DNA of 56,821 nt, filler included, from Bipalium vagum (lineage: Eukaryota): assembly GCA_037834085.1 (NCBI GenBank). It is 3 parts of 3 records of this genome, joined end to end, with 100 filler letters (N's around TTAATTAATTAA, not from the genome) between each part and the next. Parts side by side here need not be neighbours in the genome. Positions count along the whole stretch, not along the records: positions 1 to 16,479 come from JBBMKC010109398.1; 2 more parts are not named here. One strand, written 5' to 3'. Under the pieces are notes generated by a model. It saw only the letters and a program-made list of their open reading frames with translations. It did not search any database and was not told where the DNA came from. Position numbers and translations under genes: made by a program. Below, piece by piece: positions 1 to 12,551 of this stretch. Numbering within the stretch: position 1 is the first letter of the stretch; the number at the start of each line of letters is the position of its first letter.

Positions 1-717
1 ATTCTGTAGTTTTAAATTATGATCATAGTAGCCGCATTTGTTTGGTCTAAAATTTAGTCCAGCCCATCCAGCTAGTTTTTCAACTCTTACCAAGGTTTCT
101 GTACGTACCCCATGTACGTATTGATACACATTCATTGATATCATTTAAAATATGATTCTTGGTTTTGCTTTCAATAATACATTTTATTAATCGAATACTA
201 AAATATGATCATTATTTCATATTTACTTCCTTCAATGAGCAATAACAGTAATTTTCTTTCTTTTAACTATTTTTAAATTATTAATGATCACACAAAACTG
301 ATCCAGATAACAAAACTTATTATGCTCTTCATATAAATTTATCAATAAAAATACATAATTGCCAATATCCAAAATATTTTTTAGTTGCAGATAAAATAGT
401 TTAAATTGTGATTCATTAATCATTTATCAATTATATAGTGGATCAGTAACAGTCATTTCTTTATGATCAGACAATTTCAAATCTGCTCTGAACAAATAAA
501 CATATTACATCAATTACAAATAAAGTTCGAAAGGTGACCTGAAAAAATTTAACCAAAATCACGATTTATCAAACAAATTATAAATTGAAATATTAACTTA
601 ATATCGATTAATTTAAATTCAGAAAATCAATGATATAAAAACAAACTAAATAAAAATTTATTGACAGAATGAGTAATCATGAAAGACAACATATGGAAAC
701 AAGGCGGTAATAAATGC

Positions 718-1407
718 TTATGATTTTTTGGAAAATAAGCTTTCATAACTGGGTGGAAGATCATGATAATTCATATTGTTAGTAGCAACCATGTAAGGAG
801 CACTTGGCGAATTGGCACGTGACGCATCTACACGAACAGTATTATTTTCGAAATTACTCGATACCATAGGAGGATTATTACAATATCTTCTTCGGTCTCT
901 TCGCATAAGCAATATGAAAATTACAACGACAATCACAACACCAATTCCAATTAAAGGAGCCGCAATTTTCCAAAATGAATGAGAGCACCTTCCTTCTCTG
1001 AAAACAGTCTGTCTGCTTGAGACATTATTGAATTCCGCCAGGCATCCATAATCAAATTTTCCATATCCTGGTTTATTACAACAACGCCTAGTTCGTGTTC
1101 TGGACGATCTTTTACAATCACCACTCCATTCTGACCAATTCTCCCATGAACACCAATTTTGAACATTTGTACATCTGGTCATGCATGGCACATATATATT
1201 CAAAAATTTATACGGTTTCACATGTTCCCCATTACAGGATAATGGTGAATAAGCCTTTTTGTTACATATACAATCACGAGAAAAAGATTTTAAGCAAGTT
1301 ATATTTCTTCGTAGGCATTTAAGTCTTTCCGACCACGATGACCAGCTACATTCAGAATTAAACGTATAACAAATTTCCAAAGAAATTAGTATTAAAATTA
1401 TTTTCAT
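718..1407 (-). CDS. Single-pass type-I membrane protein with thrombospondin type-1 (TSP1)-like repeats and a cytoplasmic PPxY motif (229 aa)
   Basis: First ATG at 1407 (the ORF track starts at an upstream TTG). Hydrophobic signal peptide MKIILILISLEICYTF; TSP1-type motifs CSWSSWSE and WCSWENWSEWSGDCKRSSRTRTRRCC; TM segment IAAPLIGIGVVIVVVIFILLM followed by RRDRRR; tail ends DLPPSYESLFSKKS. Intronless. Confidence 0.85.
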   Translation of the reverse strand: MKIILILISLEICYTFNSECSWSSWSERLKCLRRNITCLKSFSRDCICNKKAYSPLSCNGEHVKPYKFLNIYVPCMTRCTNVQNWCSWENWSEWSGDCKRSSRTRTRRCCNKPGYGKFDYGCLAEFNNVSSRQTVFREGRCSHSFWKIAAPLIGIGVVIVVVIFILLMRRDRRRYCNNPPMVSSNFENNTVRVDASRANSPSAPYMVATNNMNYHDLPPSYESLFSKKS

Positions 1408-1717
1408 TGCCAATCAATAAATTTAATACTGTCACAGAATAGACTTTAATATGTTGATACAAACATTCACAAATAAAATAGCAAATCAAAAATCGTTTAC
1501 GTTTTTTGTTCACAGTTTTGTTTATTTAGATTACTTGTGACTTGGTTCAATGATTATTAATATTTTATTTGGCTGTTATACAAAAGTTCAAAAATTAATA
1601 GTTATTTTAAAATATTGAATCTTTTTCTTAAAAAATTAAATACGAAAAACAATGTTTAATATTTTAATTTTTAAAATTAAATATTGATTGGTTTTTTTTA
1701 AATAAAGTAAAATTTTA

Positions 1718-2346
1718 TGTTATTTAAATTTTAATATGTAATTCGTTCTTTTATAGTTGAGAAATAATTCATATCCTACCTATATTCTAACTTTATGAAA
1801 TTCAAAATGAAATTAAGGGATATATAAATTTATTAAGAATTAGAAAATTATATTATAGTCAATAGTGCTTTTACGCTAAAACAGCATATTTTTAAAAAAC
1901 TGTGAAATGCACTCGGTGACAAAATAATGGAAATAGTTAATAATACGTAGGTTAGTCGAAAGATTTCGGGAATGACACACAAACGGCATATATTTATTAT
2001 AATAATTGACATCATTGTTTTTCGAGGTATTCAGTCACAATCTGTACACTTGCATTCTGTCAAACCATTCATTGAAAAATTTATTCCAATCCGAAGTCAG
2101 TATGTCCAGAACATGTGATTTGAATGCTCTTGTTTCGTTTTGCGTGTAGTGGTGTTGAGAATGGGAAAGTGGCAAAGGTCCAGCAGCCGGACGGATCCTC
2201 CTGGAACCGTAAGATGTGTTTGTGTATCTTGCTTTGGTGCGTGTGTGTGGTCAGTAATAAAGGGAGGGATTATTTGATTGAATATTTTTCGGAAAATCAA
2301 GATTGTGAGTATCTATTAGTGAGTAGTTGTGTGACTTGGTCGAACA
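1718..2346. mobile_element. Possible solo LTR
   Basis: TGTT...AACA ends flanked by TTTA on both sides, GC-richer interior and AATAAA near 2255. Such short matches can arise by chance in AT-rich DNA. Confidence 0.25.
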
Positions 2347-2816
2347 TTTATTGGTAATAACAATAGAAATATGCTTGCTGGATAGTAGATCGTAACAATA
2401 ATTCACCTCCGTTGTTCTGACATTTAAAGAATATATTAATGGAAATATTGAAAAATTTATATTTTAGAGAACGTTAGATTTTTTATTTTCATTTGATTTG
2501 ATTTTTATCTTTATCTTATCATAACCATAATTTTATATAATTTCGGTTAATTATTAATATGATAATATTAATAAAATTATAAAAAATGTGTTGGGTTTGC
2601 CAAAGGCTCAAAACCCGATTTTGATTAATAATAATAATAATTTTAGTTTAAAAATTTAATAGCAACAAAGCGTTACTAAGTTAATAAATAAAATAATGAA
2701 CTTTTATACACCTTACTATTGTTAAGTTCCTAAAAGGATGGTTGATTTTATAAAACTTAGCTTGGACTTTTAGGTTACTTAACAAAGTCTATGCTATCAG
2801 AAGGGATTACGGATGA

Positions 2817-4052
2817 TTTTTTAGATCAATGATTTCCTTCGTGGGAATTTCAGTGGAAATATACGTTCCAGGATAATGAACCTTTATATTTGTAACCTTT
2901 TTTGGTCCACAACCACAATCTATCAAGTATTCGTCGTCATCCCTCATTTTACCAAAGATCTCTATTAATGAAATTACGAGCAATGCATGAGACTGGTTAA
3001 TCTTTGGTTTAATTTTTGTACTTTATTTTTTAATGGCAATAAGTTTTAATGACTTGTGCCATCAGGCATATAAGCTTTTATCTTAACGGATGTGGGATTT
3101 TCTTTACTTTGACGAATTGATTGACCATATTTCAATAACACTTCTTCTAACTCTTTTCTGTGGTGTGCCGAAAAAGTTACCAAATTACAGAGTTTATTCA
3201 CTATCTTTTCCAATATCTTAACTGGTATTGGCATTTTGACAACTGAATTTAATAAAAGTTTTATTTTAACGTGATCCAGATTATTTTTAACTAACTCTTG
3301 CGTGAGTTTGTTGGGGATATTTTGCATATGCTTATAATCTTGTTCAGGGAACACATCAGTTCTTCATTTATAACCTCTTCGGGTTTGAAATAAATGTCAA
3401 TTATCTTATTCCAACCTGGTATTATACCATAATCCTAGATGCTATTATTGGGATCTAATTCTGTACGATAATATTTCAATTTGAAATTTCTATTGATCAA
3501 TTCCTTAACATTACTGATTATCTCTTGTACCATTGTAGCTGTAGTAGTACCATTACATTATCAGGATATCTGTAATATAGGGTAAATTGCTCATTTGTCT
3601 TTGGGTATAACCTGCCTATATTTTGCAATAATTTGATTTCTATATCTTTGTCCATTTGATTTTGTAACAATAAATGTCTTGCTTCTTGTATATTATCTAT
3701 AGGTACTTCTCCACTAACCCATTTTTCTGCGATTTGTCTCGCTGCTCTATACTGCTGTGCTCTGTCAGAAATTAATATGATTTGGTCATCTAAAGGAACT
3801 TCCTCAGAATTACTTTGATCCATTTTGGAATATTCATTTTTTAAAATTGTTTCTAACCTTTCTATATAGGCTAATCGATTTTGACAATTAATATCTGTCT
3901 CATCTTGGACAGTATTAATTTTACCTGATAACTTAGGACAACTTCTTTGAGTATGCCCAAATTTTCCACATATATGACATTTGATCTTTCCCTCAACGTT
4001 TATTTGCTGTCGTTGGGGAGAATTATAATTGATCCTTGTCTTCTGATGCCGT
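2817..4052 (-). pseudogene. Degenerate gag(-pol) polyprotein remnant: CCHC nucleocapsid knuckle, ubiquitin-like segment, unknown region
   Basis: Frame reads RHQKTRINYNSPQRQQINVEGKIKCHICGKFGHTQRSCPKLSG... into ORF 3518-3823. After a frameshift it continues ...FKLKYYRTELDPNNSI*DYGIIPGWNKIIDIYFKPEE... into ORF 3046-3354. Contains stops and a frameshift. Confidence 0.7.
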
Positions 4053-4096
4053 GTTTTTAATATTTATTATTTTATCTGAAAAGTGCTCCGAACGTG

Positions 4097-4114
4097 ATCA
4101 CGTCTGGCTCACCA
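4097..4114 (-). promoter_or_regulatory. Primer binding site complementary to the tRNA-Trp 3' end
   Basis: Minus strand TGGTGAGCCAGACGTGAT, 2 nt after the LTR terminal CA. Matches the canonical Trp PBS TGGTGACCCCGACGTGAT at 16/18 positions. Confidence 0.8.
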
Positions 4115-5649
4115 AATGTTAAGTTCCTAATAGGATGGTTGATTTTATAAAACTTAACTTGGGCTTTTAGGTTACTTAACAAAGTCTATGCTATCAGAAG
4201 GGATTACGGATGAACGTTGGAACACTAGAGTTATAACTGTCACAATAAAAATCGATCAAAAATAAAACTATGAGGACACAAATTTATAGCAAAATCTTTA
4301 TTGAAAATATAATACAAAGTTTTGACTACACGGATTAATTAGGTTTGATGCTAATCTAGCAGAATCTTTAAAAACAGGCTTAGCCTAGTGTGTTAGAGCC
4401 CTCAGGAAGTTTACCAGCTAGCGGCTGTGTAAACTTTAAACAAAAAAGGAAGAAAAAGATAAACAGAAAAGTTACTGTATCAACGGTGAAGCACCGAGTA
4501 TTTACTTTCACGTCAATCGGTTAAGATTGCACAAATTGTAGGTTGATTTATTTAATTAAATGTGACTGCTTACTTCTGTACTCACAGAGTAAGAATCAAT
4601 TAAAAATATGATAGTAAAGTAGAAATAATAATAATAATGAAAATATTGTTATGAATTTTTACCTAGGTTTCTTTTGATGCCGAACTTTGTTATAGATTCT
4701 TCCGTGCCCTTTAATCTTTAAAAATTATGCTCTCTTTAATCAAGAGATCTGTTAATAAGCATAATGTAAATTTCCAATATTTTTTATAAAATGATACGGT
4801 TCAAGGAAAACATAATTTAGTGGAACAATATTTATTGTTTGGAAAAATAATTATAACACATTTTTACCAGTTTCTACTAATTAATATTTTTTTTATCCTC
4901 TTGAAAATTTAATGAATATATCTGTGCTACTTTAAAAATAAATAAAATTTATGTGACACTCACTTTTATTTATAATATCATAATTAATTCTTTGATAAAT
5001 AAATGAATTTCTAACCAGTAAAATTTAATTAAACAGTGATTACTTAATTTCCTCCGTCTAGACGTCTTTCAAAAAATAAGTATTTTTTAAATAAAAAATT
5101 TCTTTTCATTTTAATAATAATTAATTTTCACTCAGATCACATTTATTCATTTTAATGCATATTTTAAAATTCAGAATTTTAGGTGATGACTTAGGAAGAA
5201 TGTCTCTGGATATCTGTGATAATTACAATTTATAAACCAGAAAGATTCACAAATATTAAAAAATTATATTGTTAATATTTTTTGGTGAAATATAATGATT
5301 TATATTAATTTTCTCTTAGACAGAAGATACATTTTTCCTAATAAGATTTTTATTTTCCAAATTTTTTTATTGTTTACCAGATCCTTCAATAATTAATAAT
5401 CCTCATTGAAGCAATGATTGTAATAGATATTTGTCTCCCGGTATTGTTCAATTCTGTGATAAAAATTATATTTTAATATTTTTTTAATTATATAAATAGT
5501 GGATAAATAAATCTAATACCTACCAAAAGTTTTAAAAATCCACAATTTCTAAAATATTCTGTTTGTCCATCTATTAAGCCGATCCTTACAAATTTAATCA
5601 ATTAAAACTCACCAAAAAGTACTTAATATTAAAAATTATATATATAATA

Positions 5650-6190
5650 AAGAATTTAAATTTTATTAAAGACTCATTATAAAGATTTATTAAAGTTTCT
5701 CAACAAGTTCGAAATCGTAAATGTTGGTTTGTATATAAAGCAGCTTGATAAAGTAATAGATTTGCTTCTTCAACGAAAACCAGGTCTTTACAATAAAAAT
5801 AAAGTGATATTGTTGCACGATAATGCAAGACCCCATATCACTAAAATCACCCGAGAGAAAATTTTGCATTACATTGGGAAAATCTGGAACATCCACCATA
5901 TTCTAATGATATTCCTCCTACAGGTTATCCTCTTTTTTCACTCTGGAAAGTTATTTTCGAAACAAAAAACTTAAAAATAGGAAAATTTTAAAGTGGAATT
6001 TTGTAAATTTCTCACCACGAAAGACTCTTAATTTTATAAAGATAATTTTTATAAACTTGTTTCTAGTTGGAAAAGTGTTTTTGATTGCGATGGATAATGC
6101 GATTTTAATGAATACATTTTCAGTTATTAGTTTTTATTTGATTTTACCATGGTCATACAAAAGCCCGCACGAACTTTTTTGGTTAACTGA
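5650..6190 (+). mobile_element. Mariner (DD34D) 3' fragment
   Basis: ORF with KVILLHDNARPH, a degenerate YSxDxxPxxYxLF region, and a right TIR ending ...GGTTAACTGA followed by TA. Confidence 0.8.
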
Positions 6191-6606
6191 TAACTCTACT
6201 TAATTAAATGTCACAAAGTCAATTCAGTATCATCAACAATTGAAGTATTTCAATTTAATTAAAACAAAGTTGCAGACATAAGTATTATTATATAAATTAT
6301 TAACGTTTTAGATATATGATCTAAAGAGTCTGAAATAGTTTTATAATATATTTCTTTCAAATCATTTCTCAAATTCTCCATTGTATTTGGGAACAAATTA
6401 GTATTCTTAAAGTTTAAATCTTTTTTATATTTTTAAAATTATTTTTATTTTAATATTGTTTAATCAAGTGTTATTAAAATTTATATTTTTATAATTCTTC
6501 TGAATTTCCGAATTATGTTTCTGATGTTATTATATTTTCTGAAAAAAATATTTTTTTAGTTTTAAACTGATTTAAATTATTGTGCTCTTCTAATATGTTT
6601 TAAATA

Positions 6607-7843
6607 TTGGGTTGGAAATTAAGTCCGTTTGGCTTTTAATGAAATGAAATAATTGCTTATTGTCGAAAAAATGTATTAATTTGAAGCAAAATTTTAATGC
6701 ACAAGCAATTTTTATTTCATAAGATATATATTAATCAATTATTGTTTAAATAATATCATTTTTTAACCAAGAATTCAAACTCTAATATGGAAGATAAAAT
6801 GGTGCATTTAAGACACATTTCTTTATATTATTTTAAAAAGGCAAACGAGCTGCGGATGTTCAAAAAAAATTTGTTTTTTATACGGGGATAATGCCTTAAC
6901 AGAACGGGTATGCCAGAAATGGTTTGCAAAATTCCGTTCTGAAAATTTTAACATGGACGATGCGTTCCGCTCCGGTCGCTCCACGGAAATTGAATCAGAT
7001 GATATCAAAGCTATTGTTGATGATAATCCAACCCAGACGGTTCGGGAAATAGCCACGAGACTCAAAATATCACACATCTGTTGAGAAACATTTACATAAA
7101 ATTGGTTACGTTTCTCGACTTACTGTATGGGTACCACATATACTTACCTTTGGCCAATTTGACATCACAAATATCAATCTAAGTTTTCTCCTAAAAGGCA
7201 AGAAAGACACTCATTTTTACGCAACTTGGTTACTGGTGATGAAAAAAATGGATTTCTTACGACAATGTGGTGAGTAAGAGATCAGGGGGACGCAGTTCTG
7301 AGCCACGAAAAACAACATTAAAATCCGGATTACATCCGAAAAAGAGCTCAGTTTGGTGGTATTATAAAGGTGTCATCTTCTATGAGCTATTACCATCTGG
7401 CACAAAGGTTGATTCAAATGTTTACTGGTCTCAATTAACTAAATTGAACAAAGAAATTTCCGAAAAGCGTCCAGGGTTGGCAAATCGTAAGGGCGTTGTC
7501 TTCCAACACGACAATGATAGGCCTCATACCTCAATGATAACTCAGAAAGAAATAATGAGCCTTGGGTGAGATGTTTTGCACATCCACCATGTTCCCGAAC
7601 TTGGCTCCTACAGACTACCACTTATTTCGATCGTTGCAGTCCACCAAAAGGCATCTTGGTTGGTTTTTTGAAAATAAGCCCCAAGAATTCTACCAAAGGA
7701 GAATAATGAGATTGGTAGAAAGATGGAGGGAGGTTATTGATAAAGTTGGACTACACATCATTGATTGAAATTGTTTTTATCAATAAAAATTTTTCTGTTT
7801 TTCTACCTTTCAAAAAACTGAACAGACTTAATTGGCAACCCAA
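6607..7843 (+). mobile_element. Full-length degenerate mariner, mellifera-like TIRs (1237 bp)
   Basis: TA-TTGGGTTGGAAATTAAGTC... / ...GACTTAATTGGCAACCCAA-TA TIRs with TA target duplication. Frameshifted transposase 6787-7768 with WVPH, VTGDEK, FQHDN and PNLAPTDYHLFRSL motifs. Confidence 0.95.
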
Positions 7844-8449
7844 TATTATTATAAAACATAGAAAAAACTAATGCATTTATTTTCTCGAGTATTTTTAAGA
7901 AAAATAAAATGTCTTATGTTATCAGAAATTAAAATATGGAAACCTGCGATAAAAAATGTTATTCGTTTAAATATGTTGAAGATCTAACAGGTAGAATAGA
8001 AAATAAGATATTATAAATTAAAATAATTAAATAAAATAGTTATTTAATAAATTTTATAAAAGATCAGGTTGGTTTCCACTCAATAATCTTTTTTCTGCTT
8101 TGCTGCACTGCTTTTGTCAGCTCTCTATATCTTTTTATATTTAATATTTTTCTATTACTCGTTTAATCCCTTCGGCTTCTTACACCGCTTTTACAATTTA
8201 AATAATAAATATTTCCTTCTATAATATATAATTATGTAATATTTCAGTTAAACAATAATAATTTCCATAAATATTTGTAATATTAAAGTTTGATAACTAA
8301 GCGTAATTTACTGATTCATTCAAAAAGTATCTGGACAAGCCTAATAAGTATGTTAATTTTTAAAAGATTTTTATATCATTTAAAACTAAAAATGTGTGGT
8401 AGTTACTATGCAGAAATTCATTCGTGTGTTTATTTTATTGATATCCGCA

Positions 8450-8900
8450 TTTAAAAATGCCTTTGTCTGTCGAGAACGTTTCAAAAGTAGAATATCTCAG
8501 TGCCATTAGATTTTGCCTTTTGCTAGGCCAATCCAACCAATAGATTCTGTGCAATCTTGCAACAGCTTATTAAGATAGGTGCCCCTTAAAATCCGTCCTA
8601 CTGTTCTGGATATCAGAATTTAAAAGAGGATGCCAATCTGAGCATGAGATGGTCTGAGAAAGAGATTGTCTTCCATCAACATAAAGTAATGAGAAAAATA
8701 AAGAATAACTGTAGAAATAGATTCAGGAGAATCAGCGAATGAAGATTACTGGCTTTGTCGAGAATATAAAGATCTTAAGAGGATCTGTGGCAAAAATGTT
8801 TGAAGAAATGAATAGAAAGGTCTTGTCGCTATGTGATCCTCGCTTTCTCACACCAAAAATGCGTAAGACGGAAAGAAATAGATAGTTCGAAGTGTTAAAA
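8450..8900 (+). mobile_element. Highly decayed mariner-like 5' fragment
   Basis: Translates to KVEYLSAIRFCLLLG... and W.SEFKRG, typical of the mariner N-terminal HTH. Many stops. Confidence 0.45.
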
Positions 8901-10124
8901 CGAAAAAACTGTGTTTCAGTAACAATTATGTCATTTTAATTTTTAATTTGTTATGCTAAAATATGATATATTAAAATAGCATAGAAATATTTGACCTTAC
9001 ATTGTTTTATATGTGCTGCTTTCAGAACTTTTCACGCAACCTATAAAAGAAACTCATTGGAATCAGACAGCAATAATAGATAGTCCGGGAAGTACAGATA
9101 AAAATAAAAATTGGTTAATATTCTTTTATATAATATTCTTTAATAAAAAGATAGCTTTGAGGCACTGGCTTCCTCATCATTCATCGATGTGATCATCGAG
9201 GTCGCGTCTCTGCGTATACGTAGATATAGTAAATGAATATATTATATTCACAATAAGAAATAATTAATTAATTAGTCGAAACAAAATTTCCAGTTTTTTC
9301 CTTCTTTTCTATTCAAAATGTCAATTTACTTCTTATGTTCTTACCCCATTGATGATCTATTGACTTAATAACTCAGTTCATAGTGTTTATCTATTGGGCT
9401 TTTCGGTACTCCTGGTACCGATCAAACATTTTTAATTAAAATAAATTTTCATTATAACATAATATTGATCACAACTAATAAGAGGTTAATAAAAAAATAT
9501 TGTAAAAATATTGTAAAATATATTAAAAAAATAAAGAATTTTAAAAGAAATAAAAATTACAAAGGTATGACAATGTATTTTCTGATTATTTGTTTTCGGT
9601 TTTCAGTCGCAGCCGAAGAATGCTTCGCATCATCATATTATATTAATGTTTCCTGATCATGAAAATTTGGTCTTGAGGAAAATTGTAAACTAAATTTTGA
9701 TTATGAAAATCACAGTTCGATGCAGGATAAAGATAAAATATAAAATAGTTGGGAGATTCACTGTTGAGAAAAATTCAACTGTTAATGTACTTAATAAATT
9801 AATATTTTATGGAATATCTATCAATATTTGTCAATCTTGATTTATTAAATTATCTGATCTGAAAATCAATTCTTCAAAGAAGATTGATTTTCATTCAAAG
9901 GATATAGAAATCAATCACACAATATAAATAATTGATGAATGTAAATGACTTCATAAAAAAACAAAATTTAAAAATAAATTTAAAAATTAGATAAAATTGG
10001 TTAATATTTAATGAAATATTAAATTGTTACATAAAAATATCGGATTTCGACGTGAAAATTTAAAAGGCAATTACCTTACAATTAATAAATAAATAAATAA
10101 ATATATATATATATATTAAAAAAA

Positions 10125-11030
10125 TAAAAACCATTCGCTTCTATACACTTCTACCAACGCGACAAAAGTTTTTTTATTCCATTTGAATAAAAACCATGAT
10201 CTCTAGAGGAGATAAACTCCAGGAAGATATTTTTGACTGCGTCCGGTTCCCGAAACAATCTATCCTTGAGAAAACTGTCCATATATTTAAATAAGTGAAA
10301 ATCGATTTGAGACAAGTCAGGCGAGTAAGGAGGATGAGGTAGGGTTTCTTATCTAAGTTAGTTATGTTTCTGCTCAATTAATTGTGCAATGTGTGGTTTA
10401 GCATTATCATGTAATATAATTGGTCCCCGCCTATTAGCCAATTCCAGATTAATTACACTTAATTTTTGATTCATTTCTTCCAATTCCTGGCAGTGTTTGT
10501 TAGCTGTTATAGTTTCCCAGGTTTCAGAAACCTGTGATGGATTAAACCAGTAGAATTCCACCATACATTGACCATTAAATGTTTGGATGGAAATTTCGTT
10601 TTGCTAAGGATCTGGGAGTTTTATTTTTATCAATCCACTGTGATGATTGTTTACAGTTATCATACATGATCCATTTCTCATCACACATAAATATTCGATG
10701 AAGAAATGGATCAATTTTTTTCCGTAAGAGCAAGCTTGAGCAGATCTCATCGACGGATTTTATTGTCCTTCATTAACTCGTGTGGAATCCATTTATCCAT
10801 CTTTTTAGTCTTCCAAATTTTGCAAGTGACGACACACTGTTGCATTGTTTACATGTAATTGTCCTGCTAACTTTCGAAAGGTTGCAACAGGATTCGCCTC
10901 TACTGTCGTTTTGAGAAGGTCATTTCTAATGTTGCTCTTCAAACCGCGACCGACTTTCTCTTCGAGGCTCGTATTCCCATTGAGAAAATTCTAGAACAAA
11001 AGTTGAATGTTGCGTTCATTAATTAAACTG
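10125..11030 (-). mobile_element. Degenerate mariner transposase (cecropia/Hsmar1-like motifs)
   Basis: Minus-strand WIPHEL, CDEKWIMYD and LANRRGPIILHDNAKPH motifs, interrupted by frameshifts. Confidence 0.85.
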
Positions 11031-12551
11031 TGACCTTATCTTCAATAAATCAGACAAACAACCTAATAATAAAATTAAATAATTTTTCAAGTTCGAAACA
11101 TGTTTTCAAAAATTTTTTAAAAACCAACAAATTTTAAATATCTTACATTTTTATTAGAATTTTTTAATTGCTCCTATATCTATGAAATAAAAGTTGCAAA
11201 TATTTTATTATTATTTGTTAATAATAAAATTAACTAAAGTTACAGAAAAATTTATAACTCTATAATAACAGTCTGGAAATTGAAGAATTTTTGCCGATTT
11301 AATTATTTTCTCATTCTTCTAGCCAAATGGATATATGTATTTGATTAATCTTTTGGTGTATTGATATAAACAAAATAGCTTGTTTAACTAATTGCATTTA
11401 CATATCATTGCAATAAATTTAAGAAACTTGGAATTTAATTCTTGGTTAATCATTTATCCCGATATTTTATTTAAAGTAAATCAAGTTTTTTGTTAATACC
11501 TGGTGATTATTTTAAAGATATATTATATAATAAACATTTCAAAAGCTGTTTTAATTGATATTCAACAAAATAAAATTCTTTTAAAATTTTATTAGAATGA
11601 CAAGCAAAATATAAAGATTAAAATTCAGAAAAAAAATTTTTAGTATGAATTTTCAGTATGAAGAAAAATAAGATTGAAAATATTCTATTAATTTTAATTT
11701 ATATCTATTTTTATTATCTCAAGAAGAAAATGATTTTACTTCTCATTTTCTCTAAAAAACTTTTTTATAGAAATTTTTTTTGATTCAATATTAATTGCTT
11801 GTAAATTTGTTTAAATAAAAATGAATAAAGAAATCTTTTACCATTTTCAAAATATTTTCCTAAAACTTTTTGATATTTTAATAATTTCTCAAAATTTAAT
11901 TCAATTTTTATTTCAAAAAAATAATGACCAGAATGCAAGCAAATTATTGCATTAAGCAAATTTTTAATAATTTCCATTATTTATCACGAAATATGTAATA
12001 ATTATTAGGAAACAAAATATTATTTTAAATGTAATATTTTTAAAATACTTTTGTGGGCCATTGTTAATCTGTTAAAAAACATAATTTTCATGTCATGATA
12101 ATTTTCTAGATATATTAACCTATAATCCGTGTAATACCCAAGAATAAGTTTATGTATAATATTATAATGAAATATTCAGTTACTTTTAACTATTAGTAAC
12201 ATTTTGTGTTCAAATATGACTTACTCTGCATTGAATATAATTTTATAATTTCAGCTATTATTTAAAGGATTGTTTAAATGAAAATTACTTAATAATTCCA
12301 GACTTTAAATTAAAATAATTTAAGTTAATATTAAGTTTAAAAATGAATTTTCCCTTTCTCAACTAATTATGGATATTTAATTATCAAATTTCAATTGTAT
12401 TATTGTTTAAAATTTTCAAAATACGCTCAGAATTTAAATGTCGTTTTCATTATTCAGTTTGATATTTATAATTCTGTAAGGTATTAAATTGTATGTTGAA
12501 ATTTTGATAAGACTAATAATAAGACTAAATTTTAGATTTAAATTGCTTTAA

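Larger units (their letters stand above)
2720..4600 (-). mobile_element. Internally deleted LTR retrotransposon (probably Ty3/Gypsy-like); right boundary approximate
   Basis: 97-bp direct repeat 2720-2816 / 4117-4213 (3 mismatches) beginning TGTTAAG. PBS lies immediately inside the right (5') LTR. Gag zinc knuckle CHICGKFGHTQRSC on the minus strand. The left LTR is truncated and RT/RNaseH/integrase are absent. Confidence 0.85.
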
